Notes under the pieces: model-generated
Seen by the model: the letters and a program-made list of their open reading frames with translations, nothing else
Databases searched by the model: none
Told to the model about the DNA's origin: nothing
Program-made: the position numbers and the translations under genes
Assembly: GCA_041736175.1 (NCBI GenBank)
Contig: JBGSUI010000069.1
Location: forward strand, 18,923 to 82,922
Direction of reading: 5' to 3'
Length of the DNA: 64,000 nt
Origin: Oligoflexales bacterium
GTDB taxonomy: Bacteria > Bdellovibrionota_B > Oligoflexia > Oligoflexales > CAIYRB01
In this document: positions 49,632 to 58,581 of the stretch, piece by piece
How the letters are laid out: the number at the start of each line of letters is the position of its first letter
How positions within the stretch are numbered: position 1 is the stretch's first letter

Positions 49632-50513
49632 TTATGGTCCACTGTTTTTGTGGAGGAACCAATCCCGCCGGATCGCTTCATCCATGTCTAGGGGGCTGCC
49701 TTCAATCTCCATATCGCGGAGTTGCTGGTAAATTCGTTCTTCATAGAGTTTGGCCGCCTTTGTCGAAAGGTTGCCGTAGTATTGGTTTAAGCGAGATTGC
49801 ACTTCTGAGGCTGGTATAATCTCAGATATGCGGGCTTTTTCTCGGGGTGTGAGCGGTTTGACCTGGGGTGGCGCTGGAGCTTTTAAGGGGGGCTGAATTT
49901 GAGCTGGTTTTGGTGCTGGAGAGGGAGGATTTTGGTTGGACCGCTTTTCGTCCCATTCTTCGTTGATCTCGTCCCCGTTGTCCTCATGGCCTTTGCCTTG
50001 GGGGGCTTTCCCCCCCTTTTTTGGGCTCTTGGCAATCGATGTCAGCTCAAAAAAGATTTCGGTATCGCTGACCTTCCATATACAGTCGTTATACCAGTCA
50101 ATTCCTCCTCCAATCGCCAGTCCTAACCATCCCCCCCAAAGGATGTTGCCTAAGGTCCAAAGATTTAGGGTTGAGCTATGCTGGTAGGTGAGAGGTTTAT
50201 ACCCCGGTTTGGATACACTCATGCTGAAATCTTTGTTTTTGTCGATAGCGAGATTGCATGGAGTGGTGCATGGTCCATAGCCTTCTACCTCGGCGAATGC
50301 ACCGGATGGCTCCGAAGTGATCTCGATGGTCTCAGGATCTTGAAAATTCTTGACGATGCTTGCGCAGCTTAAGTTTAGCGCCACCATGACTAAGGCAGCC
50401 CACAGCCTAAAAAAGCCTAATAACCACCCGCCGCATGGCAGCCCGCTGGAGAGTCTTATCGGTTGGCGGCGGGTTTTTCTCGTCCCATTCCCGCGGTGGT
50501 TTATGATCTGCAT
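49632..50513 (-). CDS. PEGA-domain lipoprotein with Gly-rich hydrophobic hairpin and Pro-rich linker (true start probably near 50400)
   Basis: Lipobox NLSC, ITSEPSGA..EV.G....TTP...SKPGY PEGA pattern, GNILWGGWLGLAIGGGID; directly downstream of motB. Confidence 0.75.
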   Translation of the reverse strand: MQIINHRGNGTRKTRRQPIRLSSGLPCGGWLLGFFRLWAALVMVALNLSCASIVKNFQDPETIEITSEPSGAFAEVEGYGPCTTPCNLAIDKNKDFSMSVSKPGYKPLTYQHSSTLNLWTLGNILWGGWLGLAIGGGIDWYNDCIWKVSDTEIFFELTSIAKSPKKGGKAPQGKGHEDNGDEINEEWDEKRSNQNPPSPAPKPAQIQPPLKAPAPPQVKPLTPREKARISEIIPASEVQSRLNQYYGNLSTKAAKLYEERIYQQLRDMEIEGSPLDMDEAIRRDWFLHKNSGP

Positions 50514-51045
50514 AGGCCTCTACCCTTAATTTTTGAGGATTGATTCCAGCAAGCTCAAGACGCTCTCTGATAGCCATGGCCCTCGCACTGGAGAGTTCCC
50601 AGTTGCTTTTGAAGATTCCATTATTAATGGGGGTCTCGTCGGTATGTCCTTCGATGGCGATCCGGTACTTTTCGCTAAACGGTTTAAGAGACTGCATCAC
50701 CTTGGCAAGGGGCTCCTCCATCTCCCCTTTCACCACGGCCTGGCCAGAGTCAAAAGTGACTCCGGAGTGAAAGGAGATCTCAAGGCCATCAGTGGTGAGT
50801 TGTACCTGGACGGACTGGGTGAGCTTTTGTTCTTCAAGGGCTTTTTTGACCTCAACTGAAGCAGCTTTAAGGCTTGTGGCGCTAGGTTTTTTTTGGCCTA
50901 AAGCTTCTGCGATTTGCTCCATCTTTACCGTGCGCATATCCGAGGCCGATAAGATCAAGACAAAATAAATCAATAGATTTGTGATCAGATCGGCGTAGGA
51001 AGTCAGCCATCCTTCGTTTGAGGACCTAAGACGCCGCAAGGTCAT
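50407..51045 (-). CDS. motB: MotB-family stator subunit (TM with conserved Asp, plug, OmpA-like peptidoglycan-binding domain)
   Basis: WLTSYADLIT, FDSG.A, IEGHTD, SNWELSSARA, RRVVI. Confidence 0.9.
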   Translation of the reverse strand: MTLRRLRSSNEGWLTSYADLITNLLIYFVLILSASDMRTVKMEQIAEALGQKKPSATSLKAASVEVKKALEEQKLTQSVQVQLTTDGLEISFHSGVTFDSGQAVVKGEMEEPLAKVMQSLKPFSEKYRIAIEGHTDETPINNGIFKSNWELSSARAMAIRERLELAGINPQKLRVEAYADHKPPREWDEKNPPPTDKTLQRAAMRRVVIRLF

Positions 51046-51824
51046 GGATGATCCCCGATTGATTTAGGCTGTCGGTTTTCTGAAACGAGGGCGGTGATCG
51101 TGGTTTCGATAAGGTCCAGCTGTGTCAATCGGTCGTTGAGTTGGTTGTTGATCCGAGAGGCCATGGGGCCACCTAAAGCCGCACCTGTGGCGATCCCATA
51201 GAGGGTCGCCAAAAGCGCCATCGCCATGGATCCGCCGAGATTGCTGGGATCGTCTCCCATATTTTTAAAGAGTTGAACCATTCCCGTGACGGTTCCGACC
51301 ATGCCAAAGGATGGTGCAAGTTTGCCCACCATCTCCCATGCCTCGACGACCGGGCCAAATTCTTGTAGATAGCGGGTGCGTTGCTGCATAAACCGTTCGC
51401 TCAGGGAGTCTCCCGACTGCTGTAGGAGGAGCACATCGGCAGCGAGGCGGATTTCAGGAGTTTTACCCTGGTCCACCAACCCGAGGATCACGCTGCGGCG
51501 CCCCTCCCGCCAGGCCGAACGAATCTCTTGCAGCCCCTGTCTGGTCTCTTCGATGGTTTTAGAAAAGGGCCGGGCCGCGGGGAAGACTTCCCAAAAAGAC
51601 CGCATCATGGCCAAGAGTGCGTTGCGATCATTTGCGACCAGTAACGCTCCTAGAACACCACCAAAAACCACAATCGCCGCATGGGGATCAAAAAAACCAA
51701 TCTTAACCCCAGATCGTTCCATCAGGGCAGTGTAGGTTACGCCAGCGAGGATCAAGATACCAAGTAAAGGAGTGAGCACGGATGGTCTCCAGGCGTCTTG
51801 TGGATAAGAGTTCAATGAACCCAT
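51042..51824 (-). CDS. motA: MotA-family stator subunit
   Basis: IVVFGG..GA, APSFGMVGTV.GMVQ, LGGSMAMALLATLYG, GPMA; ATGA overlap with motB. Confidence 0.88.
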   Translation of the reverse strand: MGSLNSYPQDAWRPSVLTPLLGILILAGVTYTALMERSGVKIGFFDPHAAIVVFGGVLGALLVANDRNALLAMMRSFWEVFPAARPFSKTIEETRQGLQEIRSAWREGRRSVILGLVDQGKTPEIRLAADVLLLQQSGDSLSERFMQQRTRYLQEFGPVVEAWEMVGKLAPSFGMVGTVTGMVQLFKNMGDDPSNLGGSMAMALLATLYGIATGAALGGPMASRINNQLNDRLTQLDLIETTITALVSENRQPKSIGDHP

Positions 51825-51946
51825 TTTAGTCTACCAGGATCAATCTTCGAAAACCTAAGTTTTTTTATTAACAAACTAAAAATGATTCTGTAAACTGGGG
51901 CTTAACAAACACGCTTTGCACCGCGACCTTTGCGAGCTAGAAACCC

Positions 51947-52720
51947 ATGAGGTTCCCCTACCAAAAATTGAGCCTCTTGCCAATCCTCACAACACTGGGT
52001 TGTGTAGAGTTTGTGACACCTGCGGGGGGATGGCTAGAGCCGGTGGACTTGCAACTCAATCAGGAATCCCTTAAGGGGCAAACCATCGGCCTCGAATGTG
52101 GATGGGAAGAATTTCAATTTTTTAATAGGCTAGAAAAGTGGGAGCCCTATCGACCCCAAGAATCGCAAAAAGGCAATGCAAGGGGCGAAAGAGTCCTCTC
52201 CCCAAAAAAAGTGGGGGGCCTCGAATCTGATAACCAATATACTGAAATGAATGAATCAGGTCTGAGCACTCTATCTTGTTTTAGGATGGCTCAGGTCATC
52301 AGATCCTTGGGAGCCAACCTTTGGGATCCTGACTCGCAGACTGATCCTGACTTTAAGGTAAGGTACCTAAATATGGACCCTGAGCGGGACTACTGCGGCT
52401 GGACGGCTGTTCCCTATGTTTTAAGCTTCACCTTATTTCCCTGTTTAGAATACCTTAAATCACAAGCAGTTATCACTTTTCTTGGAGACCATGGGAAATA
52501 TGAAAAGAAATTGACATTAGCGGCTGACATCACGGCTGTCTATGGAGTCTGGGTGTTTTACTTTATAGGTGTCGATCTCTTTCGTCCAGCCGCAAACCAG
52601 CGCGGCTTTAGGAAGCAAAGGCTGGGACGAGATACCATTCAAACAATCCAAAACCACCTCTATAGCTTTCAGATGCAGCTCGCCAAAAAATCTTTGGCAC
52701 AGTCTGGAGACCAAAGATGA
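51947..52720 (+). CDS. Lipoprotein with hydrophobic hairpins; first gene of the 11-gene operon
   Basis: Lipobox TLGC; hydrophobic segments AVPYVLSFTLFPC and VYGVWVFYFIGV. Confidence 0.75.
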   Translation: MRFPYQKLSLLPILTTLGCVEFVTPAGGWLEPVDLQLNQESLKGQTIGLECGWEEFQFFNRLEKWEPYRPQESQKGNARGERVLSPKKVGGLESDNQYTEMNESGLSTLSCFRMAQVIRSLGANLWDPDSQTDPDFKVRYLNMDPERDYCGWTAVPYVLSFTLFPCLEYLKSQAVITFLGDHGKYEKKLTLAADITAVYGVWVFYFIGVDLFRPAANQRGFRKQRLGRDTIQTIQNHLYSFQMQLAKKSLAQSGDQR

Positions 52721-53304
52721 CACCCCTGTTTATGGTTGCTTCTCTGGTCGTGGTCTCTCTGTCGTTGCCAGTGCAGTTTTTACTGTCGCCCCAGTGGGCT
52801 TTTGAACTGGGATTGGTCTCCGCTGAACCACCCCTTTGCCGCCCTGAAACCCCCTTTGAAACGGCAAGTAGGTACCGTGAAGGCAGTGGAAAGGCGTGGC
52901 GGTTTTCCCGCCGCGAAGCTATGATTTGTCCCCGAAATCTCTTTGGGCGGCGGGACCGCAATACTTACTACAACTTTGTGTTTGATCGAAGTTCCCAGGT
53001 CCTCGAAGCCATGGGGCGGCGTGCCATAAAGATCATTGATGAAACCCCTCGGGGTCGCGGTCTGTCCTGGAGCATAAGCCTTAACGAAGACGTTCCCCGT
53101 GAAATGCGCCAAACCTTGCTGGCAACCTTACAGACAAACCTAGTCCAGGCCCTCGGTCCCGGAAGGGTTCTTAGACAGCGATCTTCAGTCAAACCCCATG
53201 TGCTTTTGTCCGTAGGGACCCAAGCTGTGATTGACCCACAGTTGTTGTTTTATGGTGAGGTCCGTTTGATAGACGAGGCAAAGGTGCAGTCTTGGAAAAT
53301 CTAA
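52717..53304 (+). CDS. Membrane-anchored/secreted hypothetical protein
   Basis: N-terminal hydrophobic segment; ATGA overlap with the previous gene. Confidence 0.7.
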   Translation: MTPLFMVASLVVVSLSLPVQFLLSPQWAFELGLVSAEPPLCRPETPFETASRYREGSGKAWRFSRREAMICPRNLFGRRDRNTYYNFVFDRSSQVLEAMGRRAIKIIDETPRGRGLSWSISLNEDVPREMRQTLLATLQTNLVQALGPGRVLRQRSSVKPHVLLSVGTQAVIDPQLLFYGEVRLIDEAKVQSWKI

Positions 53305-54464
53305 CTTTAGCCAAAATCATAGGGTTTCTTGCCATCCTCCTGGGGATGCCCAGCGGTGTCGCGATTGGTGCAGGAAATCAAGAGGTGATCCTTGCGGATA
53401 TCCGACTAATGGGTGCCGATTTAGTCGATGAAATGGTCTACCAGTGGCAGGAGGCTCCCCCGCTTGGAGGTTTGGGAAACCCGGCTCCCCTGGTACTGGT
53501 GGGGGTCCAAGCACCCCTGGGGCTTGACGTCCGCTTTAAAGAGCTGGTCGAAAATCGACTTTTTGAACTCCTTAGGCAAAACCCCAAAATTCAGGTAAAC
53601 CTAGCCTACTGTGGTCCCTGCCGCCAATGGGTGGCTAAGTCCAATCCTACGGGGACGGTTTTAGCATGGGCTATTGACCAACCCGAGGTGCTCCAGGATC
53701 TCATGGCGGCGACGCCCGAACGCTATGGTTTGGTGTTGAATTTTGAGAGTGAAGCCCATGACCTCGTGCTGCGCGCTCAGATTTTTACCTTAGGGGGGAA
53801 TCAAAAGATCCTTTGGGCTAAGACCATCGCCACAGCAAGCACAGCCCGTAGAGTGCTGCGGGACGAAACTCCGCTGATCAGTTTGAGTGCCGCCAAAAAA
53901 CAACAGGATGATATCCTGAATCGCCATGATCCTCTTGAGGTCACAAGCCGGATCGCCGTGCGGATCTTTCGCCCAGGCAGCGATGCGTCCCAGACGGCCC
54001 TTCCTCTGCCCTTTTTAGAGCAAAGTTTTGAGGTGGTCCCACTCCCCCAAAGAAACCTTCGGTCGGCCATTACCTTTGGGTTTACCAGCATTCAAGAATC
54101 CTTAAGTGGCTGGAGTGTGGGAGGGCACCTAGCCGGTTTGATCCTCCGAGACCGACCATCCCTTGTGAATCCAGACCTCTATTGGCTCTTCGGAGCCCAT
54201 TATATACGCCTCAGGGGGCCTGGGGCAGCGGCCTTTGGCGCAAAACAATTGGATATTGATACCATCAGAAATATCCAACGGGAACCCAAAGCAACTCTGG
54301 TTTCCTGGCGCCTGGGGATCGAGGCTCACATAAAACATCGCCTCGGTTTCTTGTTGTTCTTAGAAGATCTCCCTATTCTAAAGAAAAACGAAGCTTTTGA
54401 CCAAGATTATTTTCTTGGAATTCCCTATTTGGCTTATGGATTTGGGGTTCTTATCAAATGGTAG
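53292..54464 (+). CDS. Secreted protein: CxxC/CsgG-like N-domain plus C-terminal OM beta-barrel
   Basis: Signal peptide, YCGPCRQW, LVLRAQIF...ILWAK, amphipathic strands ending YGFGVLIKW. Confidence 0.72.
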   Translation: MENLTLAKIIGFLAILLGMPSGVAIGAGNQEVILADIRLMGADLVDEMVYQWQEAPPLGGLGNPAPLVLVGVQAPLGLDVRFKELVENRLFELLRQNPKIQVNLAYCGPCRQWVAKSNPTGTVLAWAIDQPEVLQDLMAATPERYGLVLNFESEAHDLVLRAQIFTLGGNQKILWAKTIATASTARRVLRDETPLISLSAAKKQQDDILNRHDPLEVTSRIAVRIFRPGSDASQTALPLPFLEQSFEVVPLPQRNLRSAITFGFTSIQESLSGWSVGGHLAGLILRDRPSLVNPDLYWLFGAHYIRLRGPGAAAFGAKQLDIDTIRNIQREPKATLVSWRLGIEAHIKHRLGFLLFLEDLPILKKNEAFDQDYFLGIPYLAYGFGVLIKW

Positions 54465-55417
54465 GCAAATATCTACAGCTCCTTTTACTCTTCGCTTTAT
54501 TCTTTTGGAGTGGGCAGGCTGCCGCTCTCTTTGTCCAAACAGGCCGTGATTTTGAGCAGCTTCGCGATATCCTTAACGAGCAACTCAGCAACGATCAAGA
54601 TCTCAAAGCTCGAGTCGTGCCAACACTTTTAGCAACTCCGATCCACCACTGGTCCCAGTCTAGTGGTGATTTTGCAGCCCAAGCGACAACTCTCCTCAAA
54701 ACAGTGCTCAATGGGGCCAACGACGTCATCTTGTGTCAGGACTGCAATGCATGGCGTCTTAACGTTGTCACCGGCCAGAGACTACAGATTAACAACGGCG
54801 ACTGGTCCCTCTCAGAGATAAGTCGGGCTAAGGAGAATCTTAAGTTTCAGCAGGCAAAGTCCTTGACTATGATTCGAGAAACCCCCAGTGGGATTGAGCT
54901 GAGGGTTGTAGAGTTAGCCGATGGCCGGGTTTTGCTTAGCGCATTAGCGGATGGAAACAGCGACCTAGATACACAGAAACCGTGGCTTGGGTTTTCTAAG
55001 GAGCGAGACCGACGGCTCAGAGAAGAGGCTCTTGCCTACTCTTTTATCAACCTAGGGCTTTATCCCAATCCTCTCTTGCAGCTGGAGTTTGTGGAGCAGT
55101 GGGGAAGCCTTAACCAGCATATTACGGGGATAGGATTCTCCCTAATCAACCCTGACCTTGCCCTTGGGGTCGTCTATCATTATTTGTTTCGAAACTTTAA
55201 GAATCTCCACGTATCCGGAAGTCTTTTGATGCCGCTGAGTGAGGTCTTGACCCAGGGTGATCAGGCGAATGAGGGAACGAATGGCTTTGTCTTTCAGGTG
55301 ATGGGGCAGTATGCTTTCTCTAAGACCTATGCCCTGGGTCTCTCTCTCTCAAGTGAAGGAAAAGTGAGTCTTGGGTTGGTGTTTCACAATCCTCTCTTTT
55401 TCCCATTTATCCTGTAA
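54458..55417 (+). CDS. Secreted protein, paralogous architecture: CxxC/CsgG-like N-domain plus C-terminal beta-barrel
   Basis: Signal peptide ending AAA, LCQDCNAW, IELRVVELADGRVL, beta strands FQVMGQYAF/LGLSL/LGLVF. Confidence 0.72.
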   Translation: MVGKYLQLLLLFALFFWSGQAAALFVQTGRDFEQLRDILNEQLSNDQDLKARVVPTLLATPIHHWSQSSGDFAAQATTLLKTVLNGANDVILCQDCNAWRLNVVTGQRLQINNGDWSLSEISRAKENLKFQQAKSLTMIRETPSGIELRVVELADGRVLLSALADGNSDLDTQKPWLGFSKERDRRLREEALAYSFINLGLYPNPLLQLEFVEQWGSLNQHITGIGFSLINPDLALGVVYHYLFRNFKNLHVSGSLLMPLSEVLTQGDQANEGTNGFVFQVMGQYAFSKTYALGLSLSSEGKVSLGLVFHNPLFFPFIL

Positions 55418-55423
55418 GGAGTC

Positions 55424-56071
55424 TTGCAATTGCGAAGATCCTATGATCTCACTGGCATCCTAATAGCTCTCGTCCTGTCGAGTTTCCAAGTGGGATGCAA
55501 TGCGTCCAAAGAGTTTTGGCAGTATGTTGTCCAAGACGAAATCGCTAAACCGATCCCCCCGCGCGAGGAGGGTGAGGAGGATGCACCTCGGCTGTTGTCA
55601 CCCCATAATGTCCGAGTCGTTTATAACGACGGCTCGACTTCGACCGAAGTCGTGATTCCAGTGTTATCATCAGGCCAACAAATTGTTATTGACCATAAAA
55701 GTCGATCGAAGCCTAGCTCTCTGTCGGTCCTACCGATCCCCCCTGCTCCTGCTGACCAATCCCTGGAGCAGTCCTATGTGGAAGGCGGTCTGCCAATCCA
55801 ACAAAAGAGTACACCCGTCAGTATCGTCAAGACTCACGAGAAAATCCGCGAGCTTGTCAAGGAAGGCAACTACGCTGTGGCGCTGGAGTATGCGGACCAG
55901 CTCTTGAAGCGGTATCCTAAACACGTCAAGACCCTACGGACCAAAGGATCTCTACTCCTCCAAATGGGCGAATTAGACGCAGCTCTTAAGACATACCGAG
56001 ATGCCCAAGATGTTGAGCCCGATAAAAAGGTCGAAGAGTTGATCCAAAATCTTGAAAAACGATCTCGGTAA
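55424..56071 (+). CDS. TPR-repeat lipoprotein
   Basis: Lipobox QVGC; GNYAVALEYA..LL..YP and KGSLLLQMGELDAALKTY..A...EP TPR units. Confidence 0.82.
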   Translation: MQLRRSYDLTGILIALVLSSFQVGCNASKEFWQYVVQDEIAKPIPPREEGEEDAPRLLSPHNVRVVYNDGSTSTEVVIPVLSSGQQIVIDHKSRSKPSSLSVLPIPPAPADQSLEQSYVEGGLPIQQKSTPVSIVKTHEKIRELVKEGNYAVALEYADQLLKRYPKHVKTLRTKGSLLLQMGELDAALKTYRDAQDVEPDKKVEELIQNLEKRSR

Positions 56072-56089
56072 TTCCAAAGGAGCCACGCC

Positions 56090-57796
56090 GTGAAGCAACA
56101 GTCCCAAAGCTACCTGAAATCGATGCTGATAATGCTCTATCTCCTGTCGGTCTACCGGGTAGCTGCTGCTACACCTGCTGCTTCTCAAGACAAAGGTGTT
56201 CAGATTCCCAGCAATATTCAACAGGAAATTGCAGCCACCAACGACAAGTTTAACCAAATTTTAGAGGAGGAATGCCCTACCCAAGGATGTTTTGCTGTGG
56301 GGTGTTCGGTCTCTCGTTTTGGGGCCGCGGATCAAGTTCAGGGTTCTTCACTGCCGGGTCTGGAAGAAACTAAACTTGATGGAAAACCCCAATACCGTCT
56401 AGAGGCGGTCCTCTGTGAGTTTGCCTACGAGCCGTCGATCGATCCTGCGGAGCTGGCTAACCTTAAACAAAGGGTCAGGCAACGGGTCAAAAACGTTGGT
56501 GTCGAGCTGAGTATCGGCACGAGACCTTTGACGCCTAAGGTTGATCTCGATTCTAAAGGTAGTCCCAAAACCGACTCCCCTCCGCTGCCACCTCCAACGA
56601 TTTTGGACCAATTTGTCTTACGACTGATCCCTTTTGTCCCCTGGTTCTTACTCTTGATTTTGTCGACTCTCGTGCTGCTGCTTATCCTATGGGGTTGGCG
56701 ACGGGTTGGAAGGGTCGAAAAACGCAGCTCTTCGGCAAGGACTCGGGAGATGGACCGCAATTTACCGGCGCCACTTGAGCCCGAGCCAAGCCCCCATATG
56801 TTGATGCGTCGCGTGGCCCAACTATCCCACTCCCTTGGCGAAGATCCCCATCTCGTAGAGGTCACCCTCAAAAAATATTTTGAAGAAAAAAACTATGACG
56901 AATTGATCCATTTTGTCCGGCATTTTGGTCCAGAACTCCTGTCTCCATTTAAAATTAAACCAGAGTTTAGAGAGGCCCTCGGTGTCTTAAGTCAAAAGTA
57001 TTCGGAGACGGATGCTGGCGATGCTCCCTCGGAGATCTGGGGTTTTCTAAACAGGATCGAAAGAGATATGATCGCCGCCAAAGTCCGGATCGATGTGGAG
57101 CCTCTTGCCGAAAACTTTCAGTTTTTAAGCACTCTGGGTGTCGATGAATTCCTAGGAATTTTGCGCGAAATCAGCGAGGAAGAAGCCATAGCAGCGGTCT
57201 CCTATGCCCCGCGTCGACTGAGAGAACAGTTTTTTGCGAGCGCCAATCCAACTTTTACCGCTAAATTTGTCGAGCATCTGACTAAAGTAGAAAAGATGTC
57301 CGATTCCTTTGTAAGAGATGTGGCCAAAAAGCTCCGTGAGGTCCACCAAGTAAAGGGCGACTCCCTCAGGGTTGTGAGGCGGGATACGATTCCACTCTTT
57401 GAAGAAGCTCTCAATGCCTTGGACCCGGACAAAAGGCGGCAGCTCCTTAAAGACCTCAGCCAAGCAAATCCTGCATTTCTCAAGTCGGTGGCCCCGGTGG
57501 TGTTTCTAGACGATTCCCTCCCTCTCTTGAGCGACCCAATTCTCGCCGAGGCCATGATGCTCGTGACACCCGAGGAGGCTTCCCACTACCTGGCTGGATT
57601 TACTTGGGCACCTCAGGTTCTAGGTCGCCTCAATCCGCGGCTTGCGGAAGCGATCCGTAAAGCTCGGTTTGGCAACCAGGTGGACTCCCAGATTGCCTGG
57701 AATGCACGGGAAAAGATCGCTGTCTTTGTAAAACAGCAGCATCTCCTTGGTGCCCTAGATCTCATTGCCATCAATGCTCGTCTCGCAAAGGAATAA
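56090..57796 (+). CDS. Single-pass membrane protein with periplasmic domain and cytoplasmic FliG-like (M and C) rotor domains
   Basis: Signal peptide; TM at about 56620-56700; FQFLSTLG..EFLGILRE.SEEEAIAAVSYAP (FliG-M/ARM-like); VFLDD.L.LLSD..L...LGRLNPRLAEAIR...AREKIA.FVK....G.LDL (FliG-C-like). Confidence 0.68.
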   Translation: MKQQSQSYLKSMLIMLYLLSVYRVAAATPAASQDKGVQIPSNIQQEIAATNDKFNQILEEECPTQGCFAVGCSVSRFGAADQVQGSSLPGLEETKLDGKPQYRLEAVLCEFAYEPSIDPAELANLKQRVRQRVKNVGVELSIGTRPLTPKVDLDSKGSPKTDSPPLPPPTILDQFVLRLIPFVPWFLLLILSTLVLLLILWGWRRVGRVEKRSSSARTREMDRNLPAPLEPEPSPHMLMRRVAQLSHSLGEDPHLVEVTLKKYFEEKNYDELIHFVRHFGPELLSPFKIKPEFREALGVLSQKYSETDAGDAPSEIWGFLNRIERDMIAAKVRIDVEPLAENFQFLSTLGVDEFLGILREISEEEAIAAVSYAPRRLREQFFASANPTFTAKFVEHLTKVEKMSDSFVRDVAKKLREVHQVKGDSLRVVRRDTIPLFEEALNALDPDKRRQLLKDLSQANPAFLKSVAPVVFLDDSLPLLSDPILAEAMMLVTPEEASHYLAGFTWAPQVLGRLNPRLAEAIRKARFGNQVDSQIAWNAREKIAVFVKQQHLLGALDLIAINARLAKE

Positions 57797-57798
57797 CC

Positions 57799-58581
57799 AT
57801 GCTGTATCAAGATCGAAGTGTCCGGCAGATTGGCAGGGATTGGATTTTTTTTTGCGCGGCTATCCTGGGCTCACCCGGATGTTACGAAGGCTGGGAGGAT
57901 CCCTCTGCCCAGGGACCTGGCCAAGGACCCATCGATGGTACCCAAACTCCCCCCGGCGTGAACACCCCTAAACGATACTCCTATAGTCTGCTGACGACCA
58001 TTCGCTTGGCACCAGCAGCTATGGCCAGCACCAAGTGTTTTCCGTCCCAAGACCTCAAGGAGTTTAGAACGACGGAATGGCAAGACCGGGCCTTGTCCCT
58101 TGGGACTGTATTAGGTGAATTAAGTGAAAAGGTCGTCACTAGGGAGGTGAGTGTTCCCGTTAACGACTGCACCGCTTTGGGGTCCGTACTGAACGAGGCC
58201 CTTAAAGAAGCTCCCTGGCTGCCGGAGTCCGCACCGGCCAGTGACTCCCTCGGACGACTGATGGTGCATGTAAAGGCTGTCTTGTGGGAGGGAGAGCCAG
58301 CGTCGGCGCCTTCACCTAATGTCGCCAAAGAGGACTGGATTGCGGTAAGCACGCTTAAAGCAAAGGGTATTAAAAGCAAAAGTCTGAGCTACTTTGTGAT
58401 AGCAAACGGAGGCAGCGGGCATTTTACCCAGTGGCAACGGGCGATGCCAAAAACCACTTGGGCGAGCGGCAATCCCATCAATCAGGTCGACCCGACTGAC
58501 CAAGGGGCTGTGAATCGCAGAAATGTGGTGGGCAAAGATCAAGCAGCATTTAAACAGTGGCTCCTGGAGACTGCGCAGTGA
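57799..58581 (+). CDS. Hypothetical lipoprotein
   Basis: AAGGA SD, lipobox-like SPGC, Pro/Gly linker. Confidence 0.7.
   Translation: MLYQDRSVRQIGRDWIFFCAAILGSPGCYEGWEDPSAQGPGQGPIDGTQTPPGVNTPKRYSYSLLTTIRLAPAAMASTKCFPSQDLKEFRTTEWQDRALSLGTVLGELSEKVVTREVSVPVNDCTALGSVLNEALKEAPWLPESAPASDSLGRLMVHVKAVLWEGEPASAPSPNVAKEDWIAVSTLKAKGIKSKSLSYFVIANGGSGHFTQWQRAMPKTTWASGNPINQVDPTDQGAVNRRNVVGKDQAAFKQWLLETAQ

Noticed and set aside
50407-51824. Zorya (zorAB) anti-phage system
   Set aside because: MotA is 260 aa with no long cytoplasmic tail, has flagellar-type TM motifs, and no zorC/D/E-like helicase or nuclease genes are adjacent.
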